A DNA stretch of 13,642 bases. Origin: an archaeon (GTDB lineage: Archaea > Undinarchaeota > Undinarchaeia > Undinarchaeales > JBDRKL01). Under the pieces are notes generated by a model, which saw only the letters and a program-made list of their open reading frames with translations, was not told the DNA's origin and did not search any database. The stretch spans positions 1 through 13,642 of the forward strand of contig JBDRKL010000001.1 of assembly GCA_043814055.1 (NCBI GenBank), read 5' to 3'. A program made the translations under genes and the position numbers. Positions within the stretch are counted from its first letter, which is position 1, and every line of letters starts with the position of its first letter. Shown here piece by piece: positions 1 through 6,736 of this stretch.

Positions 1-187
1 CAATCGTGGAAACAAGCTTCCAGAACCGCGGAGAAATTTTCGCAACAGCGTCAATAAATTTCACAAAGTGCTTTGTGTGTATCATTGCCAGCGGGCCAAA
101 CATTTTTGCGCCCTTGACGCGCCGCAAAACTACGAATCCCATGAGAATGAGCTCAAGCACTATTGCTATTGCCAAAACATTATCCAT
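1..187 (-). CDS. Site-2 protease (M50 family) membrane protein, N-terminal part; runs off the window edge
   Basis: Not in the ORF track. ATG at 187 with GAGGTG SD upstream; open frame MDNVLAIAIVLELILMGFVVLRRVKGAKMFGPLAMIHTKHFVKFIDAVAKISPRFWKLVSTI. The GP..MI.TK...FID......RFW pattern resembles N-termini of archaeal S2P proteases; the HExxH motif lies outside the window. Confidence 0.65.
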   Translation of the reverse strand, partial: MDNVLAIAIVLELILMGFVVLRRVKGAKMFGPLAMIHTKHFVKFIDAVAKISPRFWKLVSTI

Positions 188-198
188 GCCCACCTCTA

Positions 199-217
199 GG
201 AAAGCGTTATATATTAA
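199..217. promoter_or_regulatory. BRE/TATA box for lysS, possibly shared with the divergent protease gene
   Basis: GGAAAGCG followed by TTATATAT (207-214), 22-29 nt upstream of the lysS ATG; no SD, consistent with a leaderless mRNA. Confidence 0.6.
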
Positions 218-235
218 GGTTATCTATTTTCAAGT

Positions 236-1771
236 ATGTCGGAACAGGAAGACCGCGAACTAAGAATAAAGCTCGTTGATGAGCTTAGGAAGTCCGGAGT
301 GGAGCCTTTCGCATACAAGTACGAGCGGACGCACACGACGGCGGAGCTCAGTGAAAAATACGCGAAGCTCAAGCCAGAAGAGAAGAAAGAAAAGGACAAA
401 GTGAAAGTTGCGGGCAGGTTGCGCTCTTTGCGCGGCCACGGAAAAGTCGTGTTTGCGGATTTGGAAGACCAGTCTGGGCGAATCCAATTATTTGTTGCAG
501 CTGACGCGCTCAAGGATTTTGAAACCTTCAAGACCAAGCTGAACATCGGGGACATAATCGGCGCAGAAGGATACCCGCTCAAGACCCGGCGCGGCGAGCT
601 CTCAATCTTCGTGAAGAAATTTGATCTCCTCACAAAAGCCCTAAGGCCGCTCCCTTCAGAGTGGTACGGCTTGAAAGACACTCAAACGCGCTACCGCCGA
701 AGATACCTTGATTTAATCATGAACCCGAGCACGCGCGACGTGTTCAAGAAGCGCAGTGAAATAATAAACGCGCTCCGCGAGTATTTTGTCAAGGACGGCT
801 ATGTTGAAGTCACAACCCCGACGCTCCAGCCAGTCTACGGCGGAGCTAATGCTCGTCCCTTCATAACCCACCACAACACTCTGGACATGGATATGTACCT
901 CAGAATTTCGGACGAAATGTACCTGAAACGATTAATCGTTGGCGGTTTTGAGAAAGTATTTGAGTTCTGCATGGACTTCAGGAACGAGGGCATTGACACC
1001 AAGCACAATCCTGAGTTCTGCCTCTTTGAAGCCCAGACCGCATACACAGACTACGAGGACTGCATGAAGCTCATTGAAACTTCAATTGAATACGCAGCTA
1101 AGAAAGCAGTTGGAAAAACAAAAGTAAAGTACGGCGAGCACACGCTTGAGTTCAAAGCACCCTGGGCAAAGATGACAGTTACAGAATCAGTGAAGAAACA
1201 CGTGGGCATTGACCCTGAGAAATCATCACTTGAGGAACTTGAGCAGTTCTGCAGGGACAATAAGCTTGAAGTTGTTGGAAAGGTCAGCAAGGGCGAACTG
1301 ATGGCAGCGATATTTGAGGAAATGGTTGAGTCAAAACTCATCCAGCCAACGCACATCTACGATTACCCGCGAGAGGTTTCCCCGCTCGCGAAAACCTCGC
1401 GCAAAAATCCGGATTACACCGAGCGGTTTGAGTCCTACGTGATGGGCATGGAGCTCACGAATAATTACTCTGAAATCAATGACCCAATTGACTTGAAACA
1501 GAGGCTTGAAACCGAGATGGGCCGCGGCAAGGACGGCGATGAGGAAGCGCATCCGATGGACCAGGACTTCATAGACGCGATGGAGTACGGATTCCCGCCG
1601 ACCGGTGGAATCGGCATTGGAATAGACCGCCTCGTGATGCTGCTTACTGACTCGCACTCAATCCGTGATGTCATACTGTTCCCAATACTCCGCGAGGAAG
1701 GCAAAGCAACAAAAGGCGATGAGCTCTTCGGGGATGAAGTGAAGGACACTGTGCTCAAGCACAAGAAATAA
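236..1771 (+). CDS. lysS: Lysine--tRNA ligase, class II (LysRS2)
   Basis: N-terminal OB-fold anticodon domain (VAGRL..LRGHGK..FADL.D.SGRIQL), RYRRRYLDL, YGGANARPF.THHN, motif 2 FRNEGID..HNPEF, motif 3 GGIGIGIDRLVMLLT, IRDVILFP. Confidence 0.97.
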   Translation: MSEQEDRELRIKLVDELRKSGVEPFAYKYERTHTTAELSEKYAKLKPEEKKEKDKVKVAGRLRSLRGHGKVVFADLEDQSGRIQLFVAADALKDFETFKTKLNIGDIIGAEGYPLKTRRGELSIFVKKFDLLTKALRPLPSEWYGLKDTQTRYRRRYLDLIMNPSTRDVFKKRSEIINALREYFVKDGYVEVTTPTLQPVYGGANARPFITHHNTLDMDMYLRISDEMYLKRLIVGGFEKVFEFCMDFRNEGIDTKHNPEFCLFEAQTAYTDYEDCMKLIETSIEYAAKKAVGKTKVKYGEHTLEFKAPWAKMTVTESVKKHVGIDPEKSSLEELEQFCRDNKLEVVGKVSKGELMAAIFEEMVESKLIQPTHIYDYPREVSPLAKTSRKNPDYTERFESYVMGMELTNNYSEINDPIDLKQRLETEMGRGKDGDEEAHPMDQDFIDAMEYGFPPTGGIGIGIDRLVMLLTDSHSIRDVILFPILREEGKATKGDELFGDEVKDTVLKHKK

Positions 1772-1773
1772 TA

Positions 1774-2751
1774 ATGGCTCTAGAGTTCCTTACAAACAGC
1801 ATCGGCCTCATAGGCCGCTATGTTCTTGTACCGCTATGGTTCGGCCTACTCCTTTTCGTCCTGCTTGAAATCCTTTCCCGCAAGAAAGGGGTATCGCTGT
1901 CGCAGGAGTTTCACACTAGGTCATTCGCTGTGTCAACAGCCATAATATTCGGCTGGCTGGTCTACTTCCTTCTACCCTCTAACTTATACCTTCCAATGGA
2001 AACTCTTACTGTAAAATTCGTGGTCGGCCTCTTTATGGTAATACTCACGTTCCAGTACACGGTCTTTTTAATTGCAGAGCTATTCTCCATGCAAAAAACA
2101 ATCATCTCGCTCGGAATTGGCGCGGGCCTGATTCGCTCAACTATCGCCGCGAGCGTGGTGAGCAAGATGTGCGCTGAGGACGAGGGCGCGAATTATGATG
2201 GTGCGGCAGCTATAATGATTTCAAAAGCAACACTGGCAATCCGCAACTTCGTGATAATAATGGTAGTCGGTATTTGGCTCAACATCTTCGCAGTGCCGCC
2301 AATGTTCTTCACCGTCCCAATGCTCATACTGTTCATATCCTGCCTTGTCACAGGCATTGTGTTTTACAAGAAAGGTTCAGGCGGCGAGGTTGACTTCCAG
2401 CCGGTGTCCCTGAAAAGCTCATTCATTTTCCTAGTGCTCTTCCTTGTGATGTACTACTTCGCGCTCGGCGTGATTGGATATGCGGGTATTATTGGGCTCT
2501 ATGCGCTCTCAGGGGCTGCGGGCTTCCTCTACGGAGGCGCGCACCTCTTCATAATCGCATCACTTTTATTCACGCAGCAGGTAACTGCCGAAGCAGCGCT
2601 AGTCGCGGCTCTTGCGGTTACAATGGGCTCAATGTTCGCGGATCTCCCATACACTTTCTTTGCTGGCGCTCGCGGGCTTACAAAACTAACCCTTATAGCG
2701 TCAATAATCCCGCTGGCGCTTGCGATAATTTCCCTATTGTATTTCATTTGA
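1774..2751 (+). CDS. Polytopic membrane protein, DUF4010-like (domain usually associated with MgtC/SapB)
   Basis: About 9-10 hydrophobic segments. GAGLIRSTIAASVVSK, AIMISKATLAIRN, FQPVSLKSSFIF and GIIGLYALSGAAG occur in the order of the DUF4010 motifs (GGLVSSTA, A....RV, NPF.L..AL.F, G..GLY....SG). Starts 2 nt after the lysS stop. Confidence 0.6.
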   Translation: MALEFLTNSIGLIGRYVLVPLWFGLLLFVLLEILSRKKGVSLSQEFHTRSFAVSTAIIFGWLVYFLLPSNLYLPMETLTVKFVVGLFMVILTFQYTVFLIAELFSMQKTIISLGIGAGLIRSTIAASVVSKMCAEDEGANYDGAAAIMISKATLAIRNFVIIMVVGIWLNIFAVPPMFFTVPMLILFISCLVTGIVFYKKGSGGEVDFQPVSLKSSFIFLVLFLVMYYFALGVIGYAGIIGLYALSGAAGFLYGGAHLFIIASLLFTQQVTAEAALVAALAVTMGSMFADLPYTFFAGARGLTKLTLIASIIPLALAIISLLYFI

Positions 2752-2753
2752 GC

Positions 2754-2793
2754 TTTTTTTCTTGAAATAATATGCGCGCCAGTTCTTTTTTTT
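2754..2793 (+). terminator. Oligo-T archaeal terminator of the lysS operon
   Basis: T7 at 2754-2760 just after the stop and T8 at 2786-2793. Confidence 0.5.
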
Positions 2794-2807
2794 CCAGATT
2801 TCCGCAC

Positions 2808-2822
2808 CACAACCTTTATAAA
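2808..2822 (+). promoter_or_regulatory. BRE/TATA box of the Lrp-domain gene
   Basis: CACAACC-TTTATAAA (TATA 2815-2822); SD-like GAGGGTG just before ATG 2860. Confidence 0.6.
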
Positions 2823-2859
2823 ACATATTTGCTTTCTTATACCGATACTGAGGGTGGAA

Positions 2860-3087
2860 ATGGTAACAGCATTTGTATTAATAACAACGGAAACTGGAAA
2901 AGAGAAAGATGTTCTTGAGAGACTGAAGGCTATTGACGCTGTTGACGAGGCGTGGACTGTCTATGGCGACTATGACATAATCGCCAAGATTAAGACCGAT
3001 AATATGGACCACCTCAACGAGCTAATTCTCACAAAACTCAGGGGCGTTTCAAACGTCTCAATGACCACTACTTTGATAGGGCTGTAA
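2860..3087 (+). CDS. Stand-alone Lrp/AsnC ligand-binding (RAM) domain protein, 75 aa
   Basis: AFVLI...G.EKDV...L.......EAW.VYGDYDIIAKI...TTTLI pattern; no HTH. ATG 2860 preferred over GTG 2854 because of SD spacing. Confidence 0.9.
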   Translation: MVTAFVLITTETGKEKDVLERLKAIDAVDEAWTVYGDYDIIAKIKTDNMDHLNELILTKLRGVSNVSMTTTLIGL

Positions 3088-3478
3088 TCTTTTCCCTTAG
3101 TTCAGCTAGTGCCGCTCCAAGCTGGGACACCTTGTCGTTGAGCTGTTCGCGCTCCGCCTTGAGCGCGTCCATATCATCCTTGTGGTCGCCTATCTGGTCC
3201 TTCAGGATTGAGCGATGCGCTTCAAGTTGCTTTATCGTGCTATGCAATTCTATTTCTTGTTTTCCTGTTCGCAGGAGTTCGTCCCTGTAAGCGTTCTTGG
3301 CTTTTTCAAGCTCCTCAAGCGTCAGTCTCAGCGTTTGCTCCTTGCTCCTGAGCTCACCGAGCTTTTCCCTAATCTGCCCCTCTGCAATCTCCGGGCTGAA
3401 ATTAATCTTGATGATATCATTCAAATTCTGGAGCAGGTCTTCAACATCTTCAATATTTTTTGTCTTGCTTTTTGCCAT
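3068..3478 (-). CDS. Coiled-coil protein of unknown function, 136 aa
   Basis: Heptad-like L/I periodicity with E/K/Q richness over most of its length; 4 nt downstream of a CPBP gene; overlaps the 3' end of the Lrp gene by 20 bp. Confidence 0.75.
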   Translation of the reverse strand: MAKSKTKNIEDVEDLLQNLNDIIKINFSPEIAEGQIREKLGELRSKEQTLRLTLEELEKAKNAYRDELLRTGKQEIELHSTIKQLEAHRSILKDQIGDHKDDMDALKAEREQLNDKVSQLGAALAELREKITALSK

Positions 3479-3482
3479 TTTA

Positions 3483-3896
3483 TCACACCAACTGCGTCAC
3501 CTTATAGACCATGTGCGCCAATATAACTGTTACTATTCCAAGCTCAAACACAGCGAGCCCGAAAACCAGGCCTATCACAACTGCGTCGCCCATATACGGC
3601 GGGCCGTAGAGGAACGCGGTGTAGGTCGTGTATGCAATCAGCATGAACACGAAGCCGCCAACAAAGCCAAAGAACATAATTCCTAGCGAGAGCAGCAGGA
3701 ACCTAAACACAAGCTCCTCAACTATCGGGGTCAAAAGCGCCCAGTGCCTGAACTTCAAACACCTTGTGTATCCTGTGTGTATGAACATCAGTCTGAACGG
3801 TATCGTCACTGCGAGCGTGAAAAGCCCAAGGTAGAGCGGAGTCATATACCATGGCTCAAGCGCCCTGAAGTATGTCCAAAAAGCCGCTATGTCCAT
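3483..3896 (-). CDS. CPBP (CAAX protease/Abi/Rce1-like) intramembrane protease paralog with degenerate motifs
   Basis: PIVEELVFR (EExxxR) present; the FxxxH position reads IAYTTY; HxxxN reads HMVYK. Confidence 0.8.
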   Translation of the reverse strand: MDIAAFWTYFRALEPWYMTPLYLGLFTLAVTIPFRLMFIHTGYTRCLKFRHWALLTPIVEELVFRFLLLSLGIMFFGFVGGFVFMLIAYTTYTAFLYGPPYMGDAVVIGLVFGLAVFELGIVTVILAHMVYKVTQLV

Positions 3897-3897
3897 C

Positions 3898-4380
3898 TTA
3901 GCCCCTCCTCATTATGCTCGCAAGGAAGTTGTGCGTCATATGGGCTATGATTGTAACGCTAAGTCCCACTACAGTGAACGCCCAGCCCCAGAGCAGACCG
4001 CTCACAAAAGTATCCACGAATCGGAGGTTGCCCCAGAGTATGTGGCCAACCGCAAAGAAGAATGCGGATACAACTACTGCTATCAGGACTGACTCAAATA
4101 GCACGGTGAAAATTGAAATCAACACGAGCCTGAATATGATTTCCTCAATAACTGGGGCTACAAAAACAACTGAGAAAAAACCTGCCACGCTCTTGCTCAG
4201 CTTTGCTTTAAGCGGCGCAGTATTGCTGTTAAAAATCAGCGCCACTGACAGCGAGATTATGCCCAGGATTATGCCGAATTCAAGATACCCCAGGTCGTAC
4301 CGCGCCCCGAATAGCTTAAGCTGGACATCTTGCCGCAGGAAGTCTCTCCAAAGTATTGCTATATAGTCCCACATCTCCAT
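3898..4380 (-). CDS. CPBP family intramembrane glutamic endopeptidase (CAAX protease)
   Basis: Canonical motifs all present: APVIEEIIFR, FFAVGH, IIAHMTHN. Confidence 0.9.
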   Translation of the reverse strand: MEMWDYIAILWRDFLRQDVQLKLFGARYDLGYLEFGIILGIISLSVALIFNSNTAPLKAKLSKSVAGFFSVVFVAPVIEEIIFRLVLISIFTVLFESVLIAVVVSAFFFAVGHILWGNLRFVDTFVSGLLWGWAFTVVGLSVTIIAHMTHNFLASIMRRG

Positions 4381-4427
4381 TATTTACCACTGCATAATGG
4401 TGAATAAATGAGGTTATAAATGTTGCG
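4381..4427 (-). promoter_or_regulatory. Promoter of the CPBP operon with an inverted repeat (possible operator)
   Basis: Minus strand GCAACA-TTTATAAC (TATA 4420-4413); inverted repeat TATTTACCA-N8-TGGTGAATA (4381-4406, 8/9 match) between TATA and ATG. Confidence 0.5.
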
Positions 4428-4433
4428 CTTGGG

Positions 4434-4703
4434 CTATTTCTTATAAATCTGATCTATCCAAATCTTCCTGAAAAACGGCAAGGTGAGTGTTGAAAGCATG
4501 AACGCCGCAGCAGGCACAATCGCGTTCAGCCAGGGGCTCTGCACCCCGATAGCGTAAAGATACGCGCCAATTGCCAGATAAGTAAATAATGCAAGCAAAG
4601 ACCGCCTTGTAAAACTCGTCTCCCAGGCCTTGTCCGCGGCAACCGTCTTATTTCGCGCTTTAATACTTTTTATTTCAGCTTCAATCTCTTTAATTGTTGC
4701 CAT
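4434..4703 (-). CDS. Small membrane protein of unknown function, 89 aa
   Basis: Short N-terminal coiled coil, RNK.V.ADKAWETS.TRR motif, two TM segments. Resembles hypothetical proteins recalled from small-genome prokaryotes (not verified). Confidence 0.75.
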   Translation of the reverse strand: MATIKEIEAEIKSIKARNKTVAADKAWETSFTRRSLLALFTYLAIGAYLYAIGVQSPWLNAIVPAAAFMLSTLTLPFFRKIWIDQIYKK

Positions 4704-4706
4704 TGC

Positions 4707-4853
4707 CTATTTGCGCCTCAAATACCAAAAGAACATAAAAACCATAACAAGCACCACTGCAAGCGTGGCCCAAATATAAAATCGATTAACAGTGTCCGCC
4801 AGGAACAAGTTTGCCGATATGTAGAGCGGTGCAAGACCGGTTATGTTTGACAT
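4707..4853 (-). CDS. Small single-pass membrane protein, 48 aa
   Basis: Start reassigned to ATG 4853 (MSNITGLAP...FYIWATLAVVLVMVFMFFWYLRRK). TTATAAAT lies 25-32 nt upstream; one TM plus basic tail; 3 nt gap to the next gene. Confidence 0.6.
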   Translation of the reverse strand: MSNITGLAPLYISANLFLADTVNRFYIWATLAVVLVMVFMFFWYLRRK

Positions 4854-4887
4854 AATAATTTGAGTGTTTTCCCCTCTATTTATAAGT

Positions 4888-5766
4888 TTAGAAAAGTAGG
4901 GTGTACTCGCCCTTGTCAAGGTCAATCACGCCGAACCTGTGGTCCAGGTCCTTGAGCTTGGCGAACCTGTCCACAAACTGCGGCTCCTTATAGTTCTTCA
5001 GGTAGCCCACAAGAATGCCCCGTTCTTCGCCTTCCTTGAGTATTGAAATCCTGAATAAACCCTCAAAGCCCTTAGCCTCTTTTACGCATTCAACTAGCTT
5101 GTCCCTGTGAATCTCCTCAAAAAACTGCGGCGGATAAACCGCGAACGAGAAGCCCTGATGCGAGTCAAACTGGCCGCACTTGACCCCTATCTGCCTCATC
5201 CTGCTGACCATCTCGCGGTCTTTCTCAGTAACAAGGATTTGTCCCTTTGCTATCAGTTTTGAAGTAACAACCAGCTTATTCTGCTGCTCAACCATCTCCT
5301 TGACTAGCTGGTCTTTTTGAATCTTATCCCCTTTTCCAATCCCAGGGCACGCTTCAAGCGAGCTGAAATAAACTTTTCTCCCGCCTGCATCAACTTCGGC
5401 TTTTACCCTTTCGTTCTCATACCAGTCCTTTGCCTCGTGCTCGTCAATCAAGCTGTATGGGACATGCTGGCAGTTCGCTGGCTTTATGCCGAGCTCGTGA
5501 ATTGAGCACTTGTTATCAACAAGAAACTGGCATTCAAAATTCTCTCCGTTTTTCTTCCTGCGCATGCTCATATACTGCTGGCGTTCCCCGCCCTCGCCGA
5601 TGTAGCCAACCACCTCAAACAAGCTCGCTGACGCCCGATTCAAGGTTTCAGAAATCTTCTTGGCCTCGTCCATCGTGACTGGAACGTTCACGTTCCTGCA
5701 GCAATTTCCGCAGAGTGTGCACTCAAACTTCAGCTTGTCTCCGTGGGCTGGTGTGTAGTTTGTCAT
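4888..5766 (-). CDS. YkgJ-family cysteine-cluster (CxxCxxCC, putative Zn/Fe-chelating) protein with C-terminal extension
   Basis: FECTLCGNCCR, CQFLVDNKCSIH...KPANCQHVPY, CPGIGKG. Confidence 0.85.
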   Translation of the reverse strand: MTNYTPAHGDKLKFECTLCGNCCRNVNVPVTMDEAKKISETLNRASASLFEVVGYIGEGGERQQYMSMRRKKNGENFECQFLVDNKCSIHELGIKPANCQHVPYSLIDEHEAKDWYENERVKAEVDAGGRKVYFSSLEACPGIGKGDKIQKDQLVKEMVEQQNKLVVTSKLIAKGQILVTEKDREMVSRMRQIGVKCGQFDSHQGFSFAVYPPQFFEEIHRDKLVECVKEAKGFEGLFRISILKEGEERGILVGYLKNYKEPQFVDRFAKLKDLDHRFGVIDLDKGEYTLLF

Positions 5767-5846
5767 TTCACTTCCTCTTATTTCTCCCCTTATATTACAG
5801 TTCTCATCGCAGGTGTTTTATAGTCTTGGGGCTACAATAAAAACAT

Positions 5847-6644
5847 ATGGTTCTCTACAATGACGAGCGGCTTGATAGGGGCAGAATACTCTATGAGGAT
5901 GACAAAGTGCAGACCCTGCCAAGCAAGGACCAAAGCATAAGGCTTGGGACAGTTAAATCCCAATCCAATCCTGAAAAATTCTATAATGTGAGCATAGAGA
6001 ACTTCGACCAGCCCAGGGTAAACTGGCAATACTACTGCAATTGTAGGGACTACGCGTTCATGAAAGGCGAGCCGTTCCTCTGCAAGCACCTCTGCGCATT
6101 CATGTATGCAATAGGGGCGTTCCCAATGGGCAAATCTTTCCGGGAAATCGCCGCTATGGTGCCCAAGAAATTCCGCTCCGGCAAAACATTGAGAGTACTG
6201 CCCACAAAGTTCGCTGCATTCTCAAACCAGGCTGTAATTGATGAGGCGTTTAGAAACAAACATGAATACCAGACAGAGCTGATATATCGGCTTGAGGCTG
6301 GCCAAATCAGCAAGCTCAACGAGCTGTACCGTCTCTACGAGCGCCTGGAAGTTATCACGCGGCATGAGATATTCAACAAAATTCTTGGCATTGTGAAAGA
6401 TAAACTAGAGGCTGCGCTTTTAAGAGCTCCACTTAACGATGTTCACAAGCTCTTGAAGAAAAAAGTCATCCCGAGCCGGATACTAAGTGTAGAGGAAGCA
6501 CGGGATTTCATTGCCAGAATATTGGCTAACCGCAGGGACTATGAGGTATTAAAAAAGGAATTTAAAAAGGACAAGGACTTTTCTAAAAAATATTCGGAAC
6601 ATCTTCTAGTATTGAACAACAGGGTCAGGGCGTTTTCAAAGTGA
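5847..6644 (+). CDS. SWIM zinc finger domain protein
   Basis: V.SQS.P...Y.V followed by YYCNCRDY...FLCKHLCA (CxC-n-CxH); helical, basic C-terminal region. TTTTATAG at 5816-5823 upstream. Confidence 0.8.
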   Translation: MVLYNDERLDRGRILYEDDKVQTLPSKDQSIRLGTVKSQSNPEKFYNVSIENFDQPRVNWQYYCNCRDYAFMKGEPFLCKHLCAFMYAIGAFPMGKSFREIAAMVPKKFRSGKTLRVLPTKFAAFSNQAVIDEAFRNKHEYQTELIYRLEAGQISKLNELYRLYERLEVITRHEIFNKILGIVKDKLEAALLRAPLNDVHKLLKKKVIPSRILSVEEARDFIARILANRRDYEVLKKEFKKDKDFSKKYSEHLLVLNNRVRAFSK

Positions 6645-6690
6645 GTGATTTATCTCAGTAGGATGGGGTATATCTTGTCATTTTCTTACA

Positions 6691-6710
6691 AGCTAAACTA
6701 TTTATTTAAG
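6691..6710 (+). promoter_or_regulatory. Putative TATA promoter for the tRNA-like RNA / tRNA-Ser unit
   Basis: AGCTAAACTA-TTTATTTAAG, with the TATA-like part 27-36 nt upstream of G6737. Confidence 0.5.
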
Positions 6711-6736
6711 TTTTAATATGTGTTATTGCTAATTGT

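Noticed and set aside
6-263. 85-aa + strand ORF at the window start
   Set aside because: Lies opposite the better-supported site-2 protease frame and runs through the lysS promoter.
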